This document shows, piece after piece, positions 37,891-51,309 of a stretch of 64,000 bases of DNA; position 1 is the stretch's first letter; each line of letters opens with the position of its first letter. The notes below the pieces were generated by a model. That model saw nothing but the letters and a program-made list of their open reading frames with translations. It had not been told where the DNA came from and made no database searches. The stretch covers positions 53,074,001 through 53,138,000 of the forward strand of contig NC_058368.1 of the NCBI RefSeq assembly GCF_018350175.1, written 5' to 3'. This DNA comes from Felis catus. Taxonomy: Eukaryota. Position numbers and translations under genes: made by a program.

Positions 37891-38112
37891 ATCTTATTTA
37901 TTTATTTATTTTTTTAAATATTTGTTTATTTTTGAGACAGACAGAGCATGAGCAGGGGAGGGGCAGAGAGAGAGGGAAACACAGAATCGGAAGCAGGCTC
38001 CAGGCTCTGAGCTGTCAGCACAGAGCCCAACAAAGGGCTCAAACTTACAGCCGTGAGATCATGACCTGAGCTGAAGTCAGACGCTTAACCAACTGAGCCA
38101 CCCAGGTGCCCC
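37891..38112 (-). mobile_element. Can-SINE
   Basis: TSD tccaggcta(a/c)tttt. Confidence 0.94.
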
Positions 38113-38254
38113 TCCAGGCTACTTTTAAACAAATCTACCAAACAAAAATAAAAGCAAATAAAGAACACAGAAACCAAGCGCCCCACCAGGCTACTTTTAA
38201 ACAAATCTACCAAACAAAAATAAAAGTAGATAAAGAACACCAAAACCAAGCACC
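38102..38254. repeat. 72-bp tandem duplication
   Basis: ccaggctacttttaaacaaatctaccaaacaaaaataaaag at 38114 and 38186. Confidence 0.95.
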
Positions 38255-41200
38255 TGAGGAATAGCACTTATTCCTAAGTAGCAAGCCACACACAGCCCAA
38301 AATAGGGTTCAAAAATCAGGAGTTCATTTCCATGAGTTCATTATTACTCCAAGGAAGCAATTATAATTATTAATTTGTACGGAGTCAAGGAATGAGTATG
38401 GACAGAGCCTGGAAATTCGTTCATTCATTCAACAAGTTTTTATTAAGCAGCCAAGTAGGCCAGGCACTGTTGTAGGCATCGAAATTTTCTTGAGAGAAAA
38501 GCATATTGAAGACTTTGAAACTTGTTGCAAACTTCTGAACGAGCAACAGTTCTCTCCCTCTTTTTCTCATACAGTTACATGATTACTTCTACAATTCGTC
38601 TTTTGTTTATGGCAGTGCAGTTTTCTGATTTGATTAATGCACTTTAGATGAGGTAGCAGTGCAGTATAGGTAGTCCGAAGAGTGCAGAAAATCACTGATC
38701 TGATGCCACAACGATGGCTGGGTACATGTACCGCTCTTCACCACATGCTGCTACCATGTGCCAGCTAGTGGTAATCAAAAATACGGTGAATATATACAGA
38801 AGACTTAAAAAAAAGCAGTGGAGCCAAGCCATCATTCCTTCTACCAAAACTGAAAGAGGAACACAACGCATTCAACGCCTCCCCCTCAGCAGTCTTCGCC
38901 CTTTCCTACTACCTGGAGTGCAGGAGAGGTTGGATACGCTGTGTCTCCTGGGCATCCACTCACGGGAGCCCCTTTCAAGATCAGTAATCTGACAGCAGCC
39001 ATGTGGACTCATCAGCCTACTCTTGCCACTCAAGTGACAGGGCTGGGTCTTCCAGGTCTCCAGAAACTGCCAAGGAGGTACGCTGCTGGGAAAGAATAGG
39101 CACCCACCCATCCACCCAAGCATTACACCAAACGTGACCATTCGACGATGCACAGCTTGCCAGGACAGCTGAGGGCCAATTCGGACGCTCAGTGATTTAT
39201 AACCGCTGTACTGGCCCTCCTGTTTGGCGGCTTTGGTCTGTCTCCACTCTTTCCGACGTCCTCACTTTCTACTGACAACCTTACCTTTTTTGAGTTCTTG
39301 GTTTCAAGCCATTCAAAAATAGTCTCGGGGGCCATCATTCATTCAGTAAACATGCTCTGCGGACTAGTTTTGCGCCATGCACCGTGCCAGGCCTGGGGAT
39401 AAATAACAGAGAGACATGAAGATCCCGGCACTCAAGATGTCCCCCCGGATCACCAACAGCCCTGTTGACACCCTGGGTCTTTTGTGCTCTATCTTCTCCA
39501 CCGACCTTCTCCTATCCCCTGAGGATGTTGTTGTGGGGAGAACTATTTGCTGTCTGACTCACATTCCTCCTGTCCTTCCTGCCACCCTCCTCTGCCTCAG
39601 GAAGGGGAGACTGCTGCTGACTCCTGCCAAAATTTCTTCTTGTCACTACGTTCATTAAAAAGATATTAAGTCCAAGACTCAATTCCTTCTCCTTCAAAGC
39701 CTAGAGCGTAACAAAGAGCTTATTCCGCAGAAATTAAAAGCACAGAAGTTACAAAAGTACCAAGTTCAGATTTTTCATGTTTCCTACATCAATGAAAGTA
39801 AGATGCTCTCCCCATGGAAATTAATTCAATTTTAATTCTATTTGTATTAATAGTCTATTTTTCTTGGGGAAGGAAGATAACACTTCTGGAGGAGACGTCT
39901 CTAAAAACCATCTCCCTTCCCCCCTCCTTGACCCCAGCAGAAGGTACTGAGTTAATCTCTGCTGATGGAATGTGGAATTCCTTTAGCTTGCCCTGACTGC
40001 TAACAAGGGCACCAGGCCCTGTGCTGGACATACCACCACCCACCTCTCCTTCTTAACATATCACAGCTGATTAGCTTTAATTTTGTGAGTCTTTCATGAA
40101 TGTCTGTTCCCCCTCCGAGTCTGTAAGTCTTAGGAGGCCAGGGCTGCATGTTTTTTCTTTTCCTTTTTTTTTTCTTTTCCTCCCCATAACCGTTACTTCT
40201 CCAGTGCCAAGCGCAGTGATGTAGATTCTTACTAAATTATACGGCAATTTTATCTGCAAAAAGATCTAACCAGTTGATGTCCATGTCTCCACCTTGAGGA
40301 TACATTAGATGGCCAATAGCTGCACAGGTACACTCTCCAGTATTACAGATGGCAAGGAAAACCTGCATGTGCCTTTTAGAGCTTAGCAGAACTCTGGATA
40401 GAGTAGATGTTCAATTAATGCTTAAGGAGCTATTGAATGATTCAGTGATTGATTGATTAACCTGGGCTGTCAGGAAAAATGTCCCAGCCTCTGAAAACCT
40501 CCTGTGATGTTTAATGCCAGGAAATAAAGGCCTGGAATCGTTGGTCTCAGCAGCTTTCTCTAAACTTGAAGCAACTTTCAATCTCTGAGATCCTGAGGAG
40601 AAGATAAAGCCCTGGGACCTGCAGGGGTGAAGTTTTGAGCCTTCACCAGGGTAAGCCCAGTGCTTCTGTGTCACGTAGGCGAGTCCTGAACTCTTGTAGC
40701 ACATCCTCAGAGCCTCTCTAAACCTCCAAGACCAGCCTGGATTTAGGAGATGATGTGCAACCTTGGAAAGCCATGTCCCTCCTAGATACTGTGAAGTCTT
40801 ACAGACACTTTAGGTCACAAACCAAACGTCAATTCAGTAGTTAAAATTGCCCAGTCCCACCCAGAAATGAGGACTGTGATCTTGATTTTGAATTTAATGT
40901 TTGCTCTCTTGTCCTCTTTCTCCTAACTGAAGCTGATTGCACACAGGCTACCTGCCCTTGAAATTGGGTGTGCGGCTCCTGTCTCTCTCTCTCTCCTCAG
41001 TTCCTCCTCTTCTTCTCCCTCTCTCTTACTTCCCTCCTTCCCTGTTTCTTCTCTCTCTCTTGCTTATCTCCTCCACTTGCCAGACCTGTTTTTGAGAGAA
41101 AGAAGAAATGAATGGGGACAGGATGGTTATTACTTGACTCGCACTACCAGCGATGGCTTCTCAGTATCTAGGCTGGAGAAGTGTTTAAAGAGGACTTTTC

Positions 41201-41389
41201 CCAATGGTGGTACTTGCACATATCCTACAGAGTTCCCAAGCATCGGGCACCTCTCCTGAACTTCTGTTGACAAGGACAATGTATTCTACTCCTCCATCCA
41301 CTGTGCTCCCTCGGTCCCCAGTTTGCCGGGTGGGATGTATGTTCCTCTGCTGGAATCCCATGGCCTTTCCATAGAGGTCTTGAGAAGAA

Positions 41390-41500
41390 TTTTTTAACAT
41401 TATGGTATGGACATTTGCAAGCATTCCCAAAGTAGAGAGACTGATACAATGAACCCTTATGTACTGATCATCCAGGTCCAACAATTCTCAGCAATTTGCA
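41390..41500 (-). mobile_element. Old L1 3' end fragment (L1MC/ME-like), antisense
   Basis: aaagtagagagactgatacaatgaacccttatgtac...caacaatt. Confidence 0.55.
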
Positions 41501-41975
41501 ACCTACGCCTGGGGGACTTTTTAAAGCAATTCCCAGATTATCTGTACTTCTCTGAGTAGAATTTAAAATGGTTCTGGGCCAGCCTTTTCTCCTGCATGAC
41601 CCTCATCTTGCCCAAAGGAAACATTCATTTACCCTGTGCCCTGACCGACTCTGGGGGACAGATCGACTCTGCCCAGCAGACATGCTCCTTCACTGTGCTG
41701 CCAAAACAATTCAGTGATCTGTCTCTGCTGCCATCTGGACTTCCTGGGCAGTATGTCAGAGTGCACACCCAACTACAAGAACTATGCAGTAAGCATTTTG
41801 GGTGGACCTGAGGAAGCCCCTTTCCTCAGGCTTGGGTACAGGAAATAGCGGCCATCTATGTCCCTCTCCTCTACAGAGGGCAGCACTGCCTCTCAACCCC
41901 ACACAAATAGCTCCATCTCTACTCTCTCAATAATTTTATATTTTTAGTGGATGAGGTAGCTCAAGAGGCTTCTTT

Positions 41976-42203
41976 GAGGTGCCCTGGTGGCTCGATCGGT
42001 TAAGCGTCCGACTGTGGCTCAGGTCATGATCGTGTCACAGTTTGTGGGTTCAAGCCTCGCGTTGGGTTCTGTGCTGACAGCTCAGAGCCTGGAGCTTGCT
42101 TCAGATTCTGTGTGTGTGTCTCTCTCTCTGCCCCTCACCTGCCCACTCTCTGTCTCTGTCTATCTCTCCCAAAAATAAATAAACATATAAAAAAATTGTT
42201 TTA
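41976..42203 (+). mobile_element. Can-SINE
   Basis: TSD-like aagag(g/a)cttct. Confidence 0.92.
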
Positions 42204-43701
42204 AAGAGACTTCTAATCAATGTTCTGATGTCTCCTTGGTAAAGTCTGCATAAGGCCCAACACATATCCATCAGGATGTAGCAATCATTGTAACTTAGTA
42301 TTTTGCCCAAAACTTCAATTTAATATTCTGATTTAACTCACTTCCAAAGACGTTTCACAAAGTACATGTCTAGCTGTCCTTGTTTCAGTGATGTCAAAGA
42401 GACTAAAATTTTACCTTCTAGTATTTTTATTATCCTCAATTGCAGGCATTTATAAATTTTTCCCCTTATAGCTACCACCAAGTCACTGTATCCTGACACT
42501 GATCTGTCAGCGGTAAACTATTATTGGTTCCCCCCTTATTCTGTTCTTGCTTTTGAAATTAAACTATGATTATCTGCAGAAAGGACCATGCTCATTGACA
42601 TTAAATATGATTAGCTTCTGAGAAACTGATTAGTTACAATTATGTTCTACTGCCACCATTCCACTGAGATTTTCAACTTATTAACTCATGATACAGCTAA
42701 AACTAACTGAATCATTGTATGATAATGAATAAATTCACATGCCATCGGTGAATTTCCTTCATGTATAGAGAAACATGATATTCTGACGTGGGAGGCATAA
42801 AAGACCACCTTAGCCTTCTGCCTACTTTTTACCTCCATTCAAATTTAGACTAAGGTGGCTAGTCATTGGAGCCATTTTTCCCACAGGCAACATGGCCAAA
42901 GGTTCTGCCAGGGACTTGAGGAGAGATTTCGACAACCACTGTCTCCTGGCTGAAGGTTCTCTGATCCACACAAGGTGACAGCCTCTCCCGGATCAGAAGC
43001 AGCGGTCACTTTGCTCCCTTCTATCCTGTCAGCCCAGCTTAGTGCCCAGGATTTGACAGGTCCTCAGCAAGTACGTGTTGGATGGATGTGCCTATTGAAC
43101 AATCAGAACTTGTGGAATTTAATCATAATGCAAATTAATTTTGTCTCTCACTAGCCCTTTAAAAGATATGCCGCAAGGAAAGATTTTTTCCCCTCTTCCG
43201 GATAAAAACTTGGGCAGCTCCGTGACTATGCTGGTCACATTAGGTAATTCAAAGTCTTATGCTGACTTTTAGTCACCAAAGATGCTCTTAGCTCTAAACT
43301 TCAAATGTGAAGCCTCCTGTAATTGTCAAAGGTTCCATCTTTGTCTCAAGTCACATCTTCACTTGGGGTCTGCAGCAGAAAGAAAGCTTGGGCAGGGAAG
43401 GGGTATGCTCAGCTTTTTAAACTCTCTTTGCTTGTCCTTTCCCACTTTGTTACCCAAGACTTCTGACTGGCAGAAAGGAAGAGAGACTTGGAATAATAAA
43501 GTGCTTACTCTGCAAGCCAAAAACTAGGAGACAACACACACAAGTGACAGAGGATTTGTATCCAGACACATTTTCTTAATTCTTGGGAAGGAAATAATAT
43601 GCAAAAGACTAACAACTACTCAAAAACTGAGAAATAGACAAGAATAGTCACCTTACCAGAAGTGAAACATAGATGGCCAATAATCATATAAAAAGAGAAT
43701 G

Positions 43702-44297
43702 AGGCAGAAGACATGAATAGACACTTTTCCAAGGAAGACATCCAGGTGGCTAACAGACACATGAATAGATGCTCAACATCACTATCAGGGAAACACAAAT
43801 CAAAACCACGAGAAGATACCACCTCACACCCGTCAGAATGGCTAAAATTAACAACACAAGAAACAACAGGTGTTGGCGAGGATGCAGAGAAAGGGGAATC
43901 CTCTTGCACTGTGGGTGGAAATGCAAACTGGTGCAGCCACTCTGGAGAACAGTGTGGAGATTTCTTAAAAAAACTAAAAATAGAACTACTCTATAATCCA
44001 GCAATTGCACTATTAGGTATTTACTCAAAGGGTAGAAAAATACAGACTCAAAGGGGTACTTGCACCTCAATGTTTATAGCAGCATTATCAACAATAGCTA
44101 AACTATGGAGAGAGCCCAAATGTCCATCAAGTGATGAATGGATAAAAAAGATATTGTGTGTGTGTGTGTGTATATATACATACACACATATATATGTATG
44201 TATATACACACACACATACATTGCATATATATATGCAATGTATATATATATATACACACATTGTGTGTATATATACATACTATATATATATATATAG

Positions 44298-44343
<46 letters not shown>

Positions 44344-44745
44344 GGAATATTACTCAGCCACCAAAAAGGAAGAAACCTTGCCATTTGTAACAATGTGGAT
44401 GGAGCTAGAATGTATTATGCTAAGCAAAATAAGCCAATCAGAGAAAGACAAATACCATATGATTTCACTCATATGTGTAATTTAAAAAACAAAACAGATG
44501 AACCTATGGGAAGGGGGGGAAGAGAAGAGAGGGAAACAAACCACAGAAACTTTTAAGGATAGAGAACAAATTGAGGGTTTATGTAAGGATGTGGGTGGGA
44601 AATGGGCTGATGGGTGATGGGCACTAATGAGGGCACTTGTTGTGATGAACAATGGTGTTGTGTATAAGTGATGAATCATTGAATTCTACTCCTGAAACCA
44701 ATATTACACTATATGTTAACTAACAAAACTTAAATTTAAAAAAAA
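43702..44745 (+). mobile_element. Carnivore L1 3' part (ORF2 C-terminus + 3'UTR) with internal microsatellite
   Basis: [11 protein letters not shown]..., RCWRGC...HCGWKC; 3'UTR; TSD-like agagaatga on both sides. Confidence 0.92.
44155..44341. repeat. Compound (TG)/(TA)/(CA) microsatellite inside L1
   Basis: Directly visible; ends in about (CA)20. Confidence 0.95.
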
Positions 44746-44793
44746 GAGAGAGAATGAAAATTGGTGTAACCACTTTAGAAAATAATTCATCAT

Positions 44794-44952
44794 GGGGTGT
44801 CTGGGTGGCTTGGTCAGTTAAGCGTCCAACTCTTGGTTTCAGCTCAGGTCATGATCTCATAGTTTGTGGGTTCAAGCCCCACATTAAGCTCCATGCTGAC
44901 AGTGCAGAGCCTGCTTGTGATTCTCTCTCTCTCCCTCTCTCTGTCCGTCCCC

Positions 44953-44996
<44 letters not shown>

Positions 44997-45002
44997 ATAA
45001 AT
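44794..45002 (+). mobile_element. Can-SINE
   Basis: (CT)n linker; TSD tagaaaataattca. Confidence 0.92.
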
Positions 45003-45299
45003 AGAAAATAATTCAGCAGGGCCTAACTAAATTAGAAGGCTTACATGCACTATGAGCCATCAACTGCATTCCTGGACAAGTACTCTGGAGAAGTGTTTGC
45101 AAATGTGCTTTAGGAGACATGAACAAAGGTATTCATTGCAACCATATATGGAGCAGCAAAAATGTTGAAAAATCCAAATGCTTACTGATTAATAGGATGG
45201 ATTGGTTGTCATATATTAATACCACACATAGTATTAATAATATACTATGCAATGAAAACGGAAAATTACAATTACAAGCATTGAAATGGATGGATCTCA

Positions 45300-45471
45300 G
45301 AATGCCTAGGTAGCTCAGTTGGTTGAACAGGTGAGTGACTGACCGATTTAGGCTCAAGTCATGATCTCACAGTTGGTGGGATCAAGCCCCACCACAGTAT
45401 CTGTGCTGGCAGTGCAGACCCCACTTGGGATTCTCTTTCTCCCTCTCTCTCTGCCCCTCTCCAGCTCACGT

Positions 45472-45510
<39 letters not shown>

Positions 45511-45524
45511 ATAAATAAACTTTA
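45300..45524 (+). mobile_element. Can-SINE
   Basis: (CT)n linker; TSD-like aaatggatgga(a)tctca. Confidence 0.9.
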
Positions 45525-46349
45525 AAATGGATGGAATCTCAAAAGCCTCATGTTGAGTTCAAAAATAAAACAACACCATAAATGTACAGGAATGCCTACA
45601 CATAGAGTACAGCCATGAAGAAAATCAAGGGAATGTTATGTACACAATTTCTGATGATGATTCACACAGAGAGGGAGGGAGAGACACATATTCCAGAAAG
45701 AGCAAACACGAGCTTCAAGACATTGATATTGTCCTATTTGGTACACTGTGTTGGCAAGTATATGAATGTTCCTCTTCTTAATTCTTTTAAATTACATGTA
45801 CATATTATTTAACATTTAAATTACATACCTATTAAACATTTAATTAAACATATAAATTAAACATTTATAATGTTTTAAATATATATTTATCAATTTTTAA
45901 AGTTTGCAAAAGGAAAACAAGGAAAGGAAATAACCTAAGTAATCCAGGTTGATCAAGTTTACTGAATCAATAATGATTTAATTCTCCACTTTTACAAGTG
46001 TAGGCACAAATTCTCAAGTAAGCTCAAGGGAGATGATAAAGAAAAAGAATGAGAAGAAAAATATATTTTAAAAAACTAACAGAAAAGAACAGATTGTTAC
46101 ATTTTGTCCAAGACTTAGATATTTTTAAGTACATAATGACCCTCTGGGTCATGTAACTCAGAAACATATACAACATCTCACATAACACAGAAAGAAACTA
46201 TGCAGAGTGGTCATCAGGATTTTTTGTGAACACTCCAGTGAAAAAAAGCTACCATCTTATGTTGAATTAAGTGGAGTCACTCTCTACCGCTGTTCATACT
46301 CCCTGATCCTTTATGACTAATGTCCTGTGGTCAACAGAAGACCACAGCC

Positions 46350-46560
46350 TTTGGCAACAGGCAGAATGTTTACTCTAGTCCTGCTACACATTTTTGTGAC
46401 CTTAGGCAAGTTCCTCTACCTCTCTGTGCCTCTTTTCCTTCATCTGTAAAGTGGGAGTAATGCCGAAATTGCAGGCATTAGGTGGGAAGGTTAAGTGGCA
46501 CAGTGCACATATGGTAGAAAGTGCCAAAGCGCTTGTTAGGGATAAAGAACTGACAGCCAT
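46350..46560. mobile_element. MIR
   Basis: tgtgaccttaggcaagttcctctacctctctgtgcctc...catctgtaaagtggg. Confidence 0.8.
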
Positions 46561-46720
46561 TACCCTCATTGTTACCACCAGTATAATCTCACACCACCGT
46601 GTGATTGGTAGAAAGAAGCAGATGTTTCTGTGAACTACTTTTCATAAACATGGCTTAATATAAACTTGAAAGGTTGCTCAAAGCATCTTTGTAATTGTGT
46701 AAATTTTAAAAACTTCAAGT

Positions 46721-46763
46721 ACATATATATACACATACACACACACACACACACACATACGTA

Positions 46764-46798
<35 letters not shown>

Positions 46799-46830
46799 CT
46801 ATATATAGATATATAGATATATAGATATAC
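46721..46830. repeat. (CA)n-(TG)n inverted microsatellite plus (TATAGATA)-like repeats
   Basis: Directly visible; symmetry centre 46760/46761. Confidence 0.95.
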
Positions 46831-47927
46831 ACTGAATTACTAGTTACTAATGCAGACTGTATAAAAATCTTGCTATATTTATATGTTCATACCCTGAGTA
46901 TAGTTCGTACCTGAACTAATAAAATGGCATTAATGGCTGTTTACATAAATTCACAACTCTAAATTAGACCTTTAATTTCTGTAATAAAAAAGAAAGTGGC
47001 TTGTACAATTTCCCATTTTTATTTTCCTACATGGAATACAGTAGCTCTAACATAATGTATGACTTTGTGAATATTTCCAGGACTGCTGATATTTTATCTA
47101 ATATTATATCTTATGTTTTCTGATCTCTGACCCTCATTCATACTCCCAGAACCCTCATGAGCAATGCTCACTATGATAACCCTTGGTGGAAGAAGCAGGA
47201 TTAAATCAAAGTGAAATCATCCATGGCTAGAATATTTTAAAGAGGCCTCTTAGGGTCAGTAGTTATTTTTTCCATGTATATTTCTCCACTTAAAGAATGT
47301 TTCTTAAATATTTGATTCATCAGGACTGAAATATATGTTTTATTTTGAAATAGATCACTAGTAAACACTGTAGAATATGAATACGACCCTAAATTCTTCT
47401 TAGGTTTTTTTTTTTATTTCCACATTGTTCATTATATCAATATATATTCTTACATCCTCTGGGGAACAACAAAATGGAACAACAAGAACACAGGAAAAAG
47501 ATATGAGACAATATGGCTTTAAAAGAAGACAAAGGTAATTTATGGACAGAAGAAATAGAAAAACATTATTTTTAAATTAAATTGAATCGTTGCCTTAATA
47601 TTTACAAAAGGTGATGAGCATTTGAAACCAAAAACGGATATACTTTCTTCAAGGGAAGAAAAAGAAATATTAGAATCAGGAGAATACCAGATTATAAGGA
47701 ATTATAACGCATTAGGAGCAAACACAGGACAGTTGTGATAGAAATGGTAGGTGGGAGAAAGGATTTAAATAGTCAGTGTAAGCAAATAAGGAAAAGGCAT
47801 TACTTAGCAAAAAGAAACTTCACCATCCTCGCACAAAGAAGGCCATAAAATCACTTGGGTAAGTTTTAATTTAGAAGAGAGAGCAACTAGAGTTGCTACT
47901 CAGAGATGACTTTAAAATACCAATGTA

Positions 47928-49150
47928 CCTGCTTTCTCCTCTAAGGTTTTGATGGTTTCCTGTCTCACATTTAGGTCCTTTATCCATTTTGAGTTTATTT
48001 TTGTGAATGGTGTGAGAAAGTGGTCTAGTTTCAACCTTCTGCATGTTGCTGTCCAGTTCTCCCAGTACCATTTGTTAAAGAGGCTGTCTTTTTTCCATTG
48101 GATGTTCTTTCCTGTTTTGTCAAAGATGAGTTGGCCATACGTTTGTGGGTCTAGTTCTGGGGTTTCTATTCTGTTCCATTGGTCTATGTGTCTGTTTTTG
48201 TGCCAATACCATGCTGTCTTGATGATGACAGCTTTGTAGTAGAGGCTAAAGTCTGGGATTGTGATGCCTCCTGCTTTGGTCTTCTTCTTCAAAATTCCTT
48301 TGGCTATTCGGGGCCTTTTGTGGTTCCATATGAATTTTAGGATTGCTTGTTCTAGTTTCGAGAAGAATGCTGGTGCAATTTTGGTTGGGATTGCATTGAA
48401 TGTGTAGATAGCTTTGGGTAGTATTGACATTTTGACAATATTTATTTTTCCAATCCATGAACAGGGAATGTCTTTCCATTTCTTTAAATCTTCTTCAATT
48501 TCCTTCATAAGCTTTCTATAGTTTTCAGCATACAGATCCTTTACATCTTTGGTTAGATTTATTCCTAGGTATTTTATGCTTCTTGGTGCAATTGTGAATG
48601 GGATCAGTTTCTTTATTTGTCTTTCTGTTGCTTCATTGTTAGTGTATAAGAATGCAACTGATTTCTGTACATTGATTTTGTATCCTGCAACTTTGCTAAA
48701 TTCCTGTATCAGTTCTAGCAGACTTTGATGAATGGATAAAGAAATTGTGGTTTATATACACAATGGAATATTACGTGGCAATGAGAAAAAATGAAATATG
48801 GCCTTTTGTAGCAATGTGGATGGAACTGGAGAGTGTGATGCTAAGTGAAATAAGCCATACAGAGAAAGACAGATACCATATGGTTTCACTCTTATGTGGA
48901 TCCTGAGAAAGTTAACAGGAACCCATGGGGGAGGGGAAGGAAAAAAAAAAAAAGAGGTTAGAGTGGGAGAGAGCCAAAGCATAAGAGACTGTTAAAAACT
49001 GAGAACAAACTGAGGGTTGATGGGGGGTGGGAGGGAGGAGAGGGTGGGTGATGGGTATTGAGGAGGGCACCTTTTGGGATGAGCACTGGGTGTTGTATGG
49101 AAACCAATTTGTCAATAAATTTCATATAAAATAAATAAATAAATAAAAAT
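47928..49150 (+). mobile_element. 5'-truncated, 5'-inverted felid L1 (twin priming)
   Basis: 47928-48726 is antisense ORF2 (ORF 47912-48508 minus); 48726-49150 is sense ORF2 end, 3'UTR and A-rich tail; perfect TSD aaaataccaatgtac at 47914-47928 and 49151-49165. Confidence 0.95.
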
Positions 49151-49299
49151 AAAATACCAATGTACTAACCTTCTTTGTGTCCACAACCCAAATCAAATGA
49201 TTAAGTCAAACATCTAGGATCCCCCACTTATCCAATGGAAAAGCAGCCTCAGCTTCCAACTCACAGCAAGGTCTTCCTGCACCCCAAGTCTCCATTCTT

Positions 49300-49770
49300 T
49301 CTCCCATCCCCACTATCTACCATTGATCCATTTTCCTCTTCAATATCCATACACTGTTTCTAAAATGCAAATTCAACCCTAAGAGTCTCCTGCTTAAAAT
49401 TCTTTGCTGGTTCACCATTGTCTACAGGCAAAATCCAGGTAAAGCCAAATGCCCCAATTCAAGATTCTCCTTGATTCTGTCTCTCCCACTCTCCTGTGCT
49501 TTCCCTTCTGAAATGGCCCCTGGCCCTCCAGCTAGACTGAAACACCAGCAGCCCTTAAATGCACAGACCTGCCTGCTGGTTGCTTTTGGACCTGCTTTTC
49601 AGTCTACCTGGAAGGCCCTTCCTTCTCTTGTCCACCTGAGAACTTTCTCATGCTTCATGATCCAGAATCTCCTGAAAGACAGAAAGCTTCTTTCTCTCTT
49701 CTTTTTATGCCCCAAGGACACAGCACAGCATAGTGCCCTGCACCGAAAATAAGATTCTGTAAACGCACAT
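49300..49770. mobile_element. L2 fragment
   Basis: ttctaaaatgcaaattcaac...ctcctgcttaaaattcttt; tgcttttcagtctacctggaaggccctt. Confidence 0.55.
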
Positions 49771-51309
49771 CAGATGCATAGCAGTAGGTAATATTCAAAG
49801 GTTTTATTAACAGGTTTCTCATTGTCTGCTGTTTTCCTTTTCCTAAGGAACTGGGATGTCATGGCTTGAGGCTTCCTACCACAAACATTTCAAAACTGAG
49901 AAAGTGACAATGAATAATGGGCTGATATGGAGGAGAGGGGGGAAGGAGAAAACAGTGAAGCAGGAATGGCTGCCTCTTACTAGTTATGTGATTTGGCTCA
50001 AATTACTTAAACTTTCTCAACCCTGATGTCCTTATCAGCAAAATGGTGATACTCGCAGAGGGAACTGTTATGATTATAGAACGTGATTGTGAAAATGCTT
50101 GTTTGCTTCTTTGCTTGCTTGTTTGTTTCTAAAGACCTCACCTCTCCTCTACTACTGATTAATTCTGGCCAATGAGTTCCCTCATCTGTGGCCTATTTTT
50201 ATCCCTTCAAATAGGTCAGGGCTATTATATTATCCTCCCCAGGATTTTGGTATTGCAGTAGCCCTTGAGATCAGAGTCATAGGTAACTGGTAGCATTAAA
50301 AGGTTAAGAATTTGTTCTTAATCAAACAGTAAGACAGTAATGGCACTACAAATAGAACCACATTTTTTATATTCTCATTTCCTTCCATGGAAATGAGGAT
50401 ACTTTTCATTTGCTAATGAACTACACGAAGGTCATAGCCATCGTCATGTTGAAATAGACACTCATCAGGTAATGTACTCCAGAAGTGTTTATAGGTGGAA
50501 TAATTATTCAATCAATCAACTCGCTATTAAGTGAGTGCCTACTCTGCACAAGGCATTTTGCTAAATCATGTAACAGGCGCAAAAAAGCATAGACACATTC
50601 CCCCATCTCAGAGCCCACAATAAATAGCATACACTTTGAAAAAACAAACAATTCTCTCTCATAATACTGTACCTAAAGGATAGCTAAGTAGAATTGCCCA
50701 TGAAAATATAAATGTTTTTACCAGATGCGGTATATCAATATATTCAATGATCCAGCCTCAAGGAAAGTTTTGTGGGATGGCTTAAAATCACATAAGGTAG
50801 GTCTAAGCTCAAATCTTCAGCCTGGATTTATTCACTCATTTACACCTTCATTCATTCGTTCATTCACTCATCCATCCATTCATTCAACTGTAATGGAATG
50901 GGAAACTATTTGACAAAATTCCAGGATGTCATAAAAAGTCATGCCTGTCTGGATGTTGAATATGGCAGGGAGCGTCATGGGTTTGGGATTCAAAATGGCA
51001 CAGTATAAGAGGGAAACCAGAAAGAAAGAGGATGGGAGGCTGTGAGTGAATAGCACAATCCCTCCTTAGAAGTCCTCAAGACTTCAGTAAAATTAACAAA
51101 CTCATGACACCATAAGCATTTTTTGAGAGAAAAAAGCTAAAGATAGGACTTAGGGTTAACAAAGATGGCAAGCTACAATGCAGAAGCAGAGAGAAGGGAC
51201 CATGAGTAAATAGGGATAGAATTAGAAAACATTGGAGGAGGAATGCTAGACCTCCAAAGACTATGGATAGCCAAAGAACAGTGAAGCCCTAAGACATCTG
51301 GGTTATATG

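Larger units (their letters stand above)
43520..45900 (+). mobile_element. Ancient L1ME-like remnant hosting a carnivore L1 and two SINEs
   Basis: Degenerate L1 ORF2-end/3'UTR similarity at 43520-43700 and 44750-45900. Confidence 0.55.

Noticed and set aside
35203..38254. Short direct repeats as CRISPR-like arrays
   Set aside because: Mammalian DNA; only two adjacent copies each and no spacers
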